Shown here one piece after another: positions 38,755 through 51,830 of a stretch of 62,749 bases of DNA (positions within the stretch are counted from its first letter, which is position 1; the number at the start of each line of letters is the position of its first letter). The stretch is from assembly GCF_001194135.2 (NCBI RefSeq), contig NC_068990.1, positions 35,431,170-35,493,918 of the forward strand, in the 5' to 3' direction. The notes under the pieces were generated by a model. It saw nothing but the letters and a program-made list of their open reading frames with translations. It was not told the DNA's origin and made no database searches. Both the position numbers and the translations under genes were made by a program. The stretch comes from Octopus bimaculoides (Eukaryota).

Positions 38755-40263
38755 ACTGTTTTCATATATAATATATAACAGTTATATATAACTGTTTTCA
38801 AAATAGCTTTATATTAATAAATATGATATATACGATATGAGTGTATGAGTGAGCATGCGTCCCCATGTATGTACGTGCGCGTCTGTATGTGGTTTATGGC
38901 CATAATTGGAAAAAATATGAAAACAAACAAAATAAATAGGCAAAAATTATAACATTATGTTTGAGAGTATAGTGTACAGTTACTGTACAAAGGAGTCATT
39001 GAACGTTGATCGATATTAAGCAGAGGGAAAAGATCAAAGATACATTGAAACTTTTGACGATGTGTATTTTGGTATGAAGCGGAACCAATATCTCATAACA
39101 GAAGGGGAGGAATCTGAACGTAAACTACTAGTTGTATGAATAACCGCCACCCACATAATCTAAAAGGATGTATGGTGCTCTATTTTGGAGAAACTTTTCA
39201 TACGTAAATAGCTACCTAGTCTCACGTCTGCTTATCACCAGGAAATTCTGCCTAAATATTCATACAGTCATCGATTATTCCGAATTTACAACTGATATTT
39301 ACTTTTCAAGCAGATCGATACACCTTTGAAGAAAGCTACTACCCGTTGCCATTAATTTGAAGTAGAATGTCAGTAATTCTTTATTTGAATTTAAATCATT
39401 AAAAGCTTACTGGATTTTAAATATGCCACAACTAGTTTATTATTCTTCAATTAATCTACAAAAACATAATTATGATATAGAATGCAGTTATTTTAAATTG
39501 TATGGTTATTCTGTAATATTTAACGACATGTAAAGAAACAAATCACTATAATTCAACTGGAAAAATTATGAAAACTTTATTCAATATTTGCATATACTAT
39601 TCATTGAATAACAATGGTAGCTCATTATTTATTTTTTAGTTGGTGTTTTATTTATGAAAATGTAACTGTCATTTCCTTTGTAATTCCTAGTTAAAAACAT
39701 ATAATTTCTGGCTGTGCAATGTTTTCATTGACATAATAGTTTTAATGTATATTTTATAGCTAGCACAGTCTATCTTGCTAGATATAAGTGACATAGGGAG
39801 ATGTTTCTCACAGTTCTCTTATAAACAGACATAGTATAGTTGAATTGATTCAAAGTTTATTTTTAGAGACAATAATACCAGGTCTTAATGTTTTAAAGCC
39901 CAATCCTCCTTTATGTCTAAACAATACAACTTAACGCCAGTATGTTACCTAGACAGAGATGAGAATTCTAAAGCACCTGCACCTGAAATTTCCCTAATAT
40001 TAGACCTGGTCCTAGGAATGATGCCGGTTCATATTCATGTGCAGCATTTACAATAATGACAAAACATATCTTCAACAGATAATTGATTCAATATCGATTA
40101 CTTAAAAGTGTTCATTTTCAAACTCTTATAAAATTAGATATAGGTTTACCGATCAATTTTAAAATAATGGATTTGAAAATATGGTTTATTGGTAAACAGA
40201 TACTTTACGAAGATATATTTATGTACTCCCAAATTTGACTTTGCATATAATATCTGATATATT

Positions 40264-40481
40264 GATTTCAGATTTTGGTTTAAAACCAGCAATTTTGGGG
40301 CAAGGGTTTGTCGATCACATCGACCCCAGTACTCAGCTAGTATTCATTTCATCGTTCCCCAAAGAATGAAAGGCAAAGTTGACCTCGGCGGAATTCAAAC
40401 TCAGAACGTGGAGACGGACGAAATGCCGCTAAGCATTTCACTCGGCGTGCTGGCGATACTGCCAGCTCGCAGCCCTCAATC
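40264..40481 (-). mobile_element. Full-length family B SINE with target-site duplication
   Basis: Body gaatgaaaggcaaagttgacctcggcggaattcaaactcagaacg...gccagctcgc; flanked by atatctgatatatt (40250-40263) and atatctgagatatt (40482-40495). Confidence 0.92.
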
Positions 40482-41442
40482 ATATCTGAGATATTAAAAT
40501 ACGTAACATATTTAAGGGAATCGGTGCTTTCATCTTACATGGTTCTGCTACAGTTCTGTAAACTTCCACTATAAGTAACAGCTAAAATATATTTGTGTTT
40601 TTTCAACATAGATCCTGTCAAGATTGGTATTGATTTAAAATTATTAAACCTGACAGAAAACAAACCATGCCCATTGTGATTCAGTGGCATAGTCCATAAG
40701 ACATTTTCTATATTTTTCAGAAAAAAGATTTGTGTTCGAATTCTACCTGGATGCAATTCACTTATCGAAAGATCAGACAGGCAACAACCTGCGAGAGATG
40801 TAGTTTATATAAAAAATAATAGGCACAAGAAGAGTTGTGTTGAAGACAATCATATTTGCATCGTGGTTATTGCTCCAATTCAAAGGATCTGATTTACTGA
40901 TCCATTATACACTTGGGTTGACCAAAACGTTCTACGAAGTATATGGTAGGCGAGATTGTGCAAAAAGATATACACGTGTGTATAGGAATTTATGTGTTAG
41001 TGTTAGACAGTATACAGCATGTCCATATAGATATGTCTGTATGTCTAGCGGTGAGGAGGCCAACAATCCCTTGCTTTAAGATATTTCTTCCACTATTTAT
41101 CATGCATGAACTTACATGCCCAGATTAGCATGAATCACACAAATACTACGAGCACGTGCATGATCGTTTCGGAAACCCGGTAAGCTATTTAATGTAGATC
41201 ACGTTATTGCACATTAATAGCGATAATACACACGCACACAAACGCACGCACGCGCGCGCACACACACACACACACACTTATACACGCACACACACAAGCA
41301 TACACACAGACGCGCACGCATACACCCAGGCAAACCCTCGCACACACACACACATACACACATACATATATATATGTATACCTCTGTGTGTATAATTGAT
41401 TTTTAGCATGCTCCATAGGAATGCATATATATATATATACAT

Positions 41443-41516
<74 letters not shown>

Positions 41517-44500
41517 ACTGAGCATGTCTGTCTAATTGTCTGTATGCGTGCATCACTAACACTCGAGAACTACCCAACCGATATCATTCACAGTTTACAC
41601 GTGCCTTACTTGGAGTCCATTGACGTGTCATGGGCCTCAACAATTTTAAACTTCTTACCTAATGCGAGCGCCGAGCAATCTCTTATCTCTTATACTATTT
41701 CAGTATTACGTGTCAAAAGTAAAACAGTAACATCTCTATTCGAATGTGAGATCATAATTTCAGTTTTAATAGTTTCACTATTAAAACTGAAACTATTAAA
41801 AGTGAAACGATTATCGCACATATATACATGCATATATACATATAGTTATACTTACTAGTAATGCCTTGATATTCAAGGCCTCACTAGTAAGGTATTTAAT
41901 ATAAGTACCAGTGACTGCTAGGTAGCACATATCATATTGTATCATGTATTACGTCTCATAGACACATTTTAATGAGAACAAAGATGCGGAGTACACTGGG
42001 CTAATTCTAAATAAAGTTTGCAGAGTTTCTGAGACGTTGTATATAATCGATAATGCTTACTTGCAACCTTGATGAATTTTACTTCCGATATAGATAGCTT
42101 TCTGGCTTTCTTGTAATATTGGCTATGACTATAATAGTTATAGATATAAGGTTTGAGAGTGGGCCAGTAATTTAAATTAGCTAGAGACATTTTTGATTTT
42201 GGCTTTGCTGTGGCTCCAGCTTTTGATTCTGATAAATGGCTCACATAACGATTGCTACTTCATTTTAAAGTTATTATTTATAGACCAAACAGCTTAACTG
42301 ATATTTCTCTCAAAATTGGGGGCTAAAACTTCGTATTTATTTTCCTTATAATTTGTGCTGTGTAATGTTCTTTTAGACTAGATAGACGAATAGTCATATC
42401 CATATTTAAATGTTTAATTTATACACAATAAACGAAGATCAGAGTACAGAAACGATGCATCGACGCCCGCGACAGTTTTGCGTACATTTGAATCTACTAT
42501 CATTCATTGAACGCGTTGACTTGTGTTGCCTGTACCGAGAACGATTGTGCTGTGGATTGCTAACTTGAATGGCATATTTAGTATTTTAAAAATTGCATAC
42601 GTTTTGCATTCGAATTTAAGCAATGTAATTTCTAACAGAAAGCATCAATCCAATATGCTCTCTCTAGACATCTTCGACATAGTAGGCAAATCTCCATGAA
42701 GCCTCATCGTTTTGTTTTTGAAAAAGAAAGTTATATTGAGAAAAGTGATATCAGATTAATCCTATGTTAAAAAGAAAACAGAAAAGATGAGATGGTCATG
42801 ACTGGAAGATCTTTGATCATAGGTCTTTTTGATATGGCCACATATTGATCGAAGCAACAACAACAACATCAACAACAGCAAAGTAAAAGATAACGATGAC
42901 ACCGACGATGGCTTTAAGACTATCAGTTCATCTAAAAGCCACACATCATACTTTCGTTATCTAATGCATTTTATGTCTTTGATAGCATCGAAATAGTTGT
43001 CTGTTTGTCCTATTTCTCTAAAGGTGATATATCAATTGTTATATCTTTCCCTGATCTTTTCACTCGCCTTGCAATTGCGCATGAGTATTGTACTTTGGTT
43101 TCGGCAAAATTATCAAATCAGAATATAAATAGTTTATATCATCTCATTCATTGTTCTCCGTTTTCTCCGATGGACACTCGCACACAGAAGCACACAAGCT
43201 ACTAGACTACAAGCATGTCACTACACGCAGATATGTACAAGCTCACATACACAAAATAAACATACACAATACGCACACACACACACACACACACAAAGAC
43301 GAGTATATGCCTTTACCAATGTGAGCATGTATAATTCTGTTTGAGTGTATGTGATTTAATAGTTTGTGGTGTGTGTAAAATGATATAATATGATAGCTAA
43401 ACCTAATATCATTCATTTATTTTATATGATTCTTATTCAGTTTCATAATCGTATTTATACATTTCCACATTTTCTTTTCTTTTTGTATTTTCTGTTTATC
43501 TTATTACGCGAATATCAAAATAGCGATATATTTTCTAAATAAATTTCCTGTGACTAATCTGATTCTACACAATTTATTCCATGCTTTCAACTCTGGGATT
43601 GTTTCCACTATCTCAATGTTTTCTTTTTCCCGTTTTCGAAATCATTTTGCTTTTATTATAAAGATACGCCTCGTCTCATTCGGTGTTTATCAGCCAGACT
43701 CCTTCTATATAGTTTCCAAATGCTATTTCAATGTATATAATGTTTATTCTGACCAAAGTCGATTAGTTTCTATAATAATTCAATTTCAGCGAGGATTTGT
43801 CCATTTGTTTACTTGTTGCCCTATATTACTTCAGTCCATCATTTAGTAGTTTTGCGATTTGTTATTACTTTTTTTCAGTTTTCCCAATATTAGTAGCTTG
43901 CATTTAATATGACTTTCAGGAATATTTGATGTGAATCTGAAATTTATGTTTTTGTTCTCTTCTCATCCAATTCCAACTGTTATTTTTTAAAAATAATTTC
44001 TCAATAGAATATTCGATTCCTAATGAAGCTCAGTTTCCTATTTGGAAGCTGTTGCCAAATAGAAACAGTGAGAGATTGAATTTCATGCAATTCAATAATT
44101 TTCTAAAGTCAAAATAATTCTTGGTAAATGACACATTTTATACTCAATGATAAAAATTTCTATTCCCACCGACTCATCGATTTTTGTGGAACAACATCCC
44201 ATCTCAGTTTCGATTCCAAGCTCAATTTTAGTAGGTTTACTCCCTGAAAGACCCTATAGAGAAAATACGGAAATTATTATTTAAATTTTGTTTTACGCCT
44301 AAAATGTCGAGCCTAGTCTAAATGTAAGCAACCATTCGACTAAACGTTCAGTTTTTGAGCTTCAGATACATTCAGAGATCTGAAAACAACCTACTCATCA
44401 TTTGCTCGTTGTTATTAGGGTTATTTATTGCTCATGATTAGCAATCTGAGTTTTATGTTATAGTCATCAGATTGGTTAAAGGGCTGCGTTAGGAAAGAAA

Positions 44501-44749
44501 CACGGCGACTAGAAGTCGGTTGCGTTAAACTGAATAACTGATATAATTGTATAGCATGTGACATTTTCAGTAGAGTTTTATAAACGTTGGTGGTTGTTTC
44601 AATATAAAACAGGTATAGGTCTAAAACCAAGAGATAGGCATGTGTGACCTGTTGCTTGCATTAGAAAAACTGGAGATTGGTGGTATATATGTATGAATGC
44701 TTCTAATTTATAACGAAATACGTATCTTCCTAGGGAAAACAATTGCAGT

Positions 44750-47189
44750 TTAACCCATTTCAGTTTTTTGAGTTGCTTTTTCCTACTTTTTATATTATTT
44801 GATTCTGTTGATTTCTCGTCACTTATTTTTTTTACTCTCTTTTATTGGTCAAATGGGAAATTTTCCGTATGTTTATAAAAGCTACAACATTTCACTTTAT
44901 ACGTTTAATACCGTATGTTTACATTAGACCCTCGAATTAAATTCAGACAATACTCTTGTCATTCTAAACCGAATAAAAGCAGTATCAAATATTATTTTCC
45001 TAGATATTTATCAGATATAAAATAACTAAAATTGTATTCAATTTATTTGCTGAATTTCAGATAAAACAGGAAAAATTATGAAAATATTCCTGTAAATTTG
45101 TGTAGTATTGCATCACCTTCAATCTCCTAAGTTTTGATGACACAATTCTAACAATATACTGCATCATCTTTCAGGAGAGTATAGATATGTGAGAGAGCAA
45201 TATCTGCCTTTAGTCTGCTATCAAGTTTCATATAGATCAGTTGTGCTTTCCACTATGTCTAGACGTGAAAACTTGAGTGAAGACCAAATGTCGAAAAGGT
45301 TATTGGAATTAAATGAAGAACGGGAAGAAGGTAGTAGTGATTCCTTCTATTGCTCTGAGGAAGGTGGTGAAAGTGATTTTGTGCTGTACAGTTTAGATTC
45401 TGTGTCTTCAGCCGATGGAGATACTCAAAAACAATTATCTGCAAGCCAACCAATTATGAATGAGCAATATGTTTATAGAGATAGACAAGAAGTTTACCAT
45501 TTTAATCCACTTACTCAAGCAGCCGTAAGAACATCATCTTGCATTATTGTGCGCCAAGTGGTGAACCCTCTCGTTGTGATAAAAGTATCTCTCCCTTTTA
45601 CTGGGAAACATGTTTTACTATCTTTATACACCAGAATCTTCTTGAAGTAATTCATAAATGGACAAATGTTGAAGGCCAGGTTGTAAACAAAGATAAATAG
45701 AAGAAAAATGATCACTCCGAACTAAAGAAATTTATTGGACTGATTATTCTTATAGGTGTTAATAAATCTAAGCATGAAAATGTTACACAGTTGTGGAGAT
45801 GTCCGTCCAATATTCAACAAAACTATGATCCAGGGAAGATTTCAGCAGGTTTTACAAGTATTACGTTTTGATGATGCTAGTGCAAGAAGAAAAAAGAGAA
45901 GTGATGATAAATTGGAGCCCATAAGTGAAGTATTTGAAATGGGGAATCAGAATGTGCAAGAGGGATATGTTTCAAATTCAGGCCTGCCAGTTGATGAACA
46001 ATTAGTTTCATTCAGAAAGCGCTGCCCATTCCCGGTATATATTCCTTCAAAACCAGGGAAATATGGAATTAAAATTTGGGTAATATGCGACAGTGAAACA
46101 TCTTATGCCTGGAAATGCAAATCTACACTGGAATGACCCAGTAAAAGGGACAAAGACAAAGTAATGTTCAAGAGTTTTTGAAGACCTTGTAAAAGAACTT
46201 GAAAATGCTGGTCGCAATATAACTTGTGATAATTGGTTTACGCATCTAGGATTAGCTCGAAAGCTGCTTAGCAACAAAACTCCTTCGGTTAGAGCAATTA
46301 AAAAGAACAGCGTTGAACTTCCAAGTGCTTTCTCAAATGGAAAAGAAAGAGAAATCAACAGCACAATATTTGGATTCCAAATGGCATCTATGATCTTATC
46401 TTATTGTCCCAAGAAATATTTTGTACTCACACTTATGAGTACAATGTACTTTCAGCCTTTAATTGATTCAAAAAGTGCAGAAAAGAAACCTGAAGTTATT
46501 ACATTTTAAAACAAAAGGAGGAGTAGATACCCTAGAAAAGATGACTCGAAGATGTCCTATGTTTATATTCTACAACATGATTAATATAAGTGCAGTGAAT
46601 GCTTTCATTGTTGCTAAACAGCTTTACTTGCAAATTTTCAAAGATAAAACAAGACAGTGCCTACTTCAGTTAGGAAAGGGACTTGCTGGAGTTAATACTA
46701 AACAAGAACACAACAAACAATCATCTAGTTCCACTAACAATTCTCAACCGAACAAGAAAAGATGACGATCCTCAACTTCATTTGAGATTCCTCAGCCTAA
46801 GGAAAAAGGGAAGATGTTCTTTGTGTGGTCCAAAAGAAAAAAAAAGAAAGCGAAAGAAAAAAGATAGTAAAATTCGTACTACATGTAAGAATTGTAATAT
46901 CCGTGTTTGCCAAGAACATTCCAATGCTATCTGTATCGCCCCACCCCCCTGAAGAACTGTAATATTGTATTTTTGTAATTAAAAAAAAATTATTATATAT
47001 TCTGCCAGCTGTATTTCTTTTATTATAGTTTGTGAGAAACAGTAATTCTTCATTCACCTGAAAGCATATATAATGTAGCTAAGAAATAGTGGTTGTTTGA
47101 ATAAAATTCAAATAAAAGAAAAATATTGGGTTCATTGGATCCAATTGGTAATTAGTGACATGTATTTTCTCTAGTACACCAAGGGTTAA
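44750..47189 (+). mobile_element. Near full-length defective piggyBac DNA transposon
   Basis: TTAA|CCC at 44750-44756 and GGG|TTAA at 47183-47189 bracket the transposase at about 2.4 kb, a typical piggyBac size. The TIRs match only in the terminal CCC/GGG, so the left end is less certain. Confidence 0.8.
45255..46952 (+). pseudogene. piggyBac transposase pseudogene (PGBD4-like family)
   Basis: Acidic N-terminus MSRRENLSEDQ; FIGLIILIG; RPIFNKTM...RFQQVLQVLRFDD; VDEQLVSFRKRCPFPVYIPSKPGKYGIKIW (D at 45993); NITCDNWFT (D at 46228); KPEVITF.NKTKGGVDTL (D at 46526); TRRCPMFIFYNMINISAVNAF; Cys-rich tail GRCSLC...TTCKNCNIRVCQEH. Multiple frameshifts and stops. Confidence 0.96.
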
Positions 47190-48199
47190 AACGTCACAGG
47201 AATGTTATGTATCTAAATGCTTGTGTGTAATCATAATTGCTTCAGATGTAAAGGTAACTAATATTCCTAACACCTACTTTGTTACGTATCTAAATTCCAA
47301 AATATGCGATGTAAATATACTAGTTACTTTCATGCACAGTAGAAATATCTTATGCTTAAATGAAATACTCATTTATCTTCAGATATTTTCTCTTTCTAAA
47401 ATGGATAAATTGTCTATTATAAGATTTAGATAATTAGAAAATATCGAATAACTGACTATATTAATCCAGCTTTCCCGAAGAAAAGTTAAGATAAATGGAT
47501 TTCCGTTTCAAATATTTTATCAACCGAATTGCTCACTCATTGAATTCGTGTGTAAATTACAGAGTATTCCACTGGCATTTGTGTGACAAGTCTAACTATT
47601 TGTATAATATATAGAGTCTTTCCAATGTGACGCAGCAATTTCTCTTTACACAACTTCATTTACTAAAACTTGGGCCTAACAGAATCTATGATTACAGTCA
47701 TTTCATTAAAATGCTACGAAGTAAAACTGAAGGCTTGATAGTTCTATCTCATGATTAAGAAACGAAATTCTTTACTACTCGTCTTTGCATGGCGCAAATA
47801 GTTATCGAACCGTTCACATTGTCATAGAAGCAGTAGTTAGGTTTTGCCTGAATATGTAATGTCAGTGTGTCAGCTTGCTAGTGTACTACTATGGAAGAAA
47901 TACCACAGTGCTTAACATACATTTCATCAGTATTTTTACAAATGTCTGTGGACATATGGAAGAAAAGCCGATGAAATGAAACCAGCTACTAGAAATAACA
48001 GCTGAAATATCTTAAAGTATGGACTATAGTCTTGCATAATAATAGTTAAAATATCCTAAAGTATGGGCTAAACTCTTGCAAGATGCTAATCCTAAAACGG
48101 GGAGCGTATTAACATTGTACTCTTCGATATGCAAGCATGTGGGATAGTGAAGATTGGAAGATTGGTACACGATATGCAGTTAAACAACAGCAATAGAAA

Positions 48200-48380
48200 C
48201 ATCATCATCATCGTCGTCGCCATCGTCATCTTCATCATCATCGTCGTCATCGTCGTCATCATCATCATCATCCACATCATCATCATTGTCGTCGTTGTCA
48301 TCATCATGATCATGATCATCATCATCAACATCATCATCATCGTCGGCGTCATCATCATCATCATCGTGAACAACAACAAT
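48200..48380. repeat. Mixed (ATC)n/(GTC)n trinucleotide array
   Basis: Direct; source of the poly-M/poly-I ORFs. Confidence 0.95.
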
Positions 48381-51300
48381 TTATTACAACAGATCAGATG
48401 TTAATTCCTACAAAAACTTAATTGCTTTTACTTCTCTATTCCTGTTATTGTGTCAGTAATCTATTCTTATTTGATATGTTTCTGCACCTCCCTGGTTACA
48501 TAGTTTTTCCACCAATCATTTATTTATTAGCCTTTGTCACTTTGTCTTGTCTTACACATAAATCTGCATTACAAATCATATAACAATATTGTTTCTTTAC
48601 CTTGTGTATATGTGTGCGTGTACGTGAGTGCATGTGTGTGTGTCTGTGTATCTATGTACGTAATATGTGTGCATGTACGATAAAGTTGTTCTGGTGGCAT
48701 TGAAATTCACGGACTCTAGTATCGAGACACACTACTACATTAACAACTGTTGCTTGAACACCAGTAATATAAGAGCGAAACTGCATTCAAATCTCACCCG
48801 TCCTTTTCGACAAGAGCAAGCCATATTATAATGATATGAACGCACTCTTGATATTCTACGCCTAAGAAGCAGGATGCTCATTAGAGAAGCGCCATTCACC
48901 TGAGTCTGGTCTATCATGGCAGATCTGAGAATAATCACCGAGAATAACCAGAGTATGCATGTAAACAACTATTAACAGGATGGCTGTATGATTAAATCTC
49001 CACCTCGTTTATCAAAATCTATATTTTACGCTGTATCGTGTTCAAGCATTTGCCTTCAAATGACTGAACGGCAACAAAGAACACAAATTATCAATTCATT
49101 TCAGATAACATTTATATGGTACATAGCTGGCTGAACAAATGCATGCTTTAAATATAAAGACGACAAGGATGTCCTTAACATATAGAGGAAGTCTACTGAA
49201 TAGAAGAGTTGATTATGTATGTATATACACACACACGCACACACACAAACACACATACATAGTACTAGACATAACATGTGCATGTATGTAGTTATATTAT
49301 TCTCTGACTTTTTCAAGCATGGCCTTGCTCAGTCATGTAACTAAAATATCAATTTTACCCTAAATGATTTTTATAATAAGTTGATTGTTGACGCTCACTC
49401 ATTGGAAAAACTGAAACAAAAAATGCTTTGTCATGTATTTTAATTGAAATACGGAACAAGTCTGAATATTTTAAGCGATCGTGAATTACATATGCATCAT
49501 ATTAATTTGTCAAGTATTATGAGGCTGAATTATATATGAAATAATGCAACTGGATTGTCATGGATGGTAAAACACGGCAATATATTCATCAGTGTTTAGC
49601 TACGTACTTTGAACATCATGAGTTCCAATCTTGGTCAGGTGAGCACTGCCTATGAACTTTCTCAAATTGATGAAATATCTTTCTGTCGATTATTATTAGT
49701 AATCGTATAAAATATGACCACTTCAAAGTAAAAAAGAATGGGACTAACACGTTGTCATTCTACAAGAAAAGTCACCAAATTTTCCTGAATTTACTCCCTA
49801 CTAATTTCAACTCGAGGGAGGTATATGTTTTAGTCGCGACTAAGATACATTTGATTACAGTTATTTTCCATCGAAACTAACTTCGTGTGTGAAGCTCCAA
49901 CAATAACAACGACACTGCAATCTAAGGTTTAAAATTCAAATATAATTCCTTCATCCGCCTGTGCATCTGTGTATGTCTGTATAGGTGTACGTGTGTATGG
50001 GCGGTGTGTGCGTGCGTGGTTATCTGTATAGTTCTGTGTTCTACTTTCGTATGTGTGCTTGTGTGTGCTTACGAGTACGAGTGTGTACATGCACGTCCGT
50101 TCGTGCGCATGAATGTGTGTAGTCGTGTATTGGGTACCTGTACCTGGGTGCCGTGCTCGTGCGCGTATGAGTGGATGTGTCTACTTGTGTATTGCAGTTG
50201 TGCATATTTACGTGTGTTTATTTGAATGGATTTCCATGCATTCTGCTAGTGTTCTAACCCTGCTCTATATGCATTTCCTTTGCCTCCACACACATGCTCA
50301 CTCACCCACACGGATGCTCCGCTCTATATCTGTACTGTGTGGCTGGTAACAGTGGCATTGAAGGTCTAAAAATACTATGTATACTTTCGGTTTGGTATTG
50401 GTAACGTACCTCACTAAACACACACACACACATAAAGAACTTCACTCGTAAATGCTTCCGGAGTGACAAGCAAATTCCATGAGACCTGACACCGGATTGA
50501 ACTTGAACAAATTGCCGAACCGATCACTGATGGCTAAAGTACATACAGAAATACAGACACGCATACAAGCAGTCGCACGCACGCGTGTGCGTGCCAACCA
50601 CATGCACGCACACAAATACACACACACACACACACACACACATACACACACACACACACTCACACACACAAACTCTTCGTTTACTCTCACCCCTCCCTTC
50701 TCTTGTAAGCAAACACACATCTACATCATACACACATACATGCATATATACACAGAGTCACAAAACTAATTCAAAGACAGACTCAGTGCAGATCTCGATG
50801 AGAGGTGACAATTAAACAACCATCTGATTGTTTAACCAGCACAGGAAGCACACGATCGAATAGTTACTTGGTTATATATTTAACCAATTGACTAACAATG
50901 AAGAAATAATATTGAACAATTTAGTGTGTTTTACTATTAGCCCATGGCCCTCTCATAACACTGGAAGGTTTCTTTCAACACACGAATTCACATAAAGAAT
51001 CTTGCAACAGAAATGTATAAATGAAGTATTAAAACACTAATTTATAAATAATTATCTGATGAAGAAAATCTTATGTTACTTTGATTATTACAGCACGTAA
51101 AGAAGACAATTTTGGACACAATTCGATCTTATCAGGTCTCCTCTTCAATAAAGTATATGCTTTGTTCTTTATATTATTAATTCAACAGACAGCGATATGG
51201 TCTACATACCTGGATAAGATCTTAGATATATTATATCAGACAAAAGATACCGGATAGTCCTGATAAAAATTATTTGATCGTATATCAGATAGAGAAGATG

Positions 51301-51549
51301 ATAAACGACATCCAACCGTGTGAAAGTGTGTCTGTTTTTTAAGCATTATTTAGTAAGTCCTTGTTTTAGTCTAGAAATGCAAATGAAATTACTAGACAAT
51401 GGTGCTTAAGACATATTACTACTGATATTAGCTTAATTCTAATAGTTTCAATGCTTCAGAACAATTTGTATAATTTCTTTTCCTTTAACTTTAAATCATT
51501 GATATATGTTTCATAAATCGATAAGGATCAAAGCCGAAGATTATATAAG

Positions 51550-51830
51550 ACTTTACCTACATATGGATTTCTTTGATAAAAGACTTAATACTTCCTTTGG
51601 CTTAACATCCCCACCAATGCGTTCGGTGCCTTTTACAGAATCCATTCTGCCAGTAGCATTCACCTCGAGTCTGAGACCTAATAATAACTCAGTATTTTTA
51701 TATTCTACTTCCTGCCACAGCAAGCCATGAAGCATGGATTTTCTCTCTTTTTCTCCACCAGTCTCCGAGATCCTGCGAAGGAGGACATGAGAATATCGCT
51801 TCCGCCTTTCAATACGCATTAAAACCAGTT
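51550..51830 (+). mobile_element. 3' fragment of a CR1/L2-group LINE
   Basis: Frame-shifted ...SFGLTSPPMRS...TQYFYILLPATA(K)PWS resembles LINE ORF2 C-termini (..QY..SF.P.T.KLWNSLP); homologous to 54525-54665 in the opposite orientation. Confidence 0.5.

Noticed and set aside
43550-44230. Possible GIY-YIG 'IGQT' motif on the minus strand
   Set aside because: It needs a frameshift within the motif, and nothing else in the region supports it.
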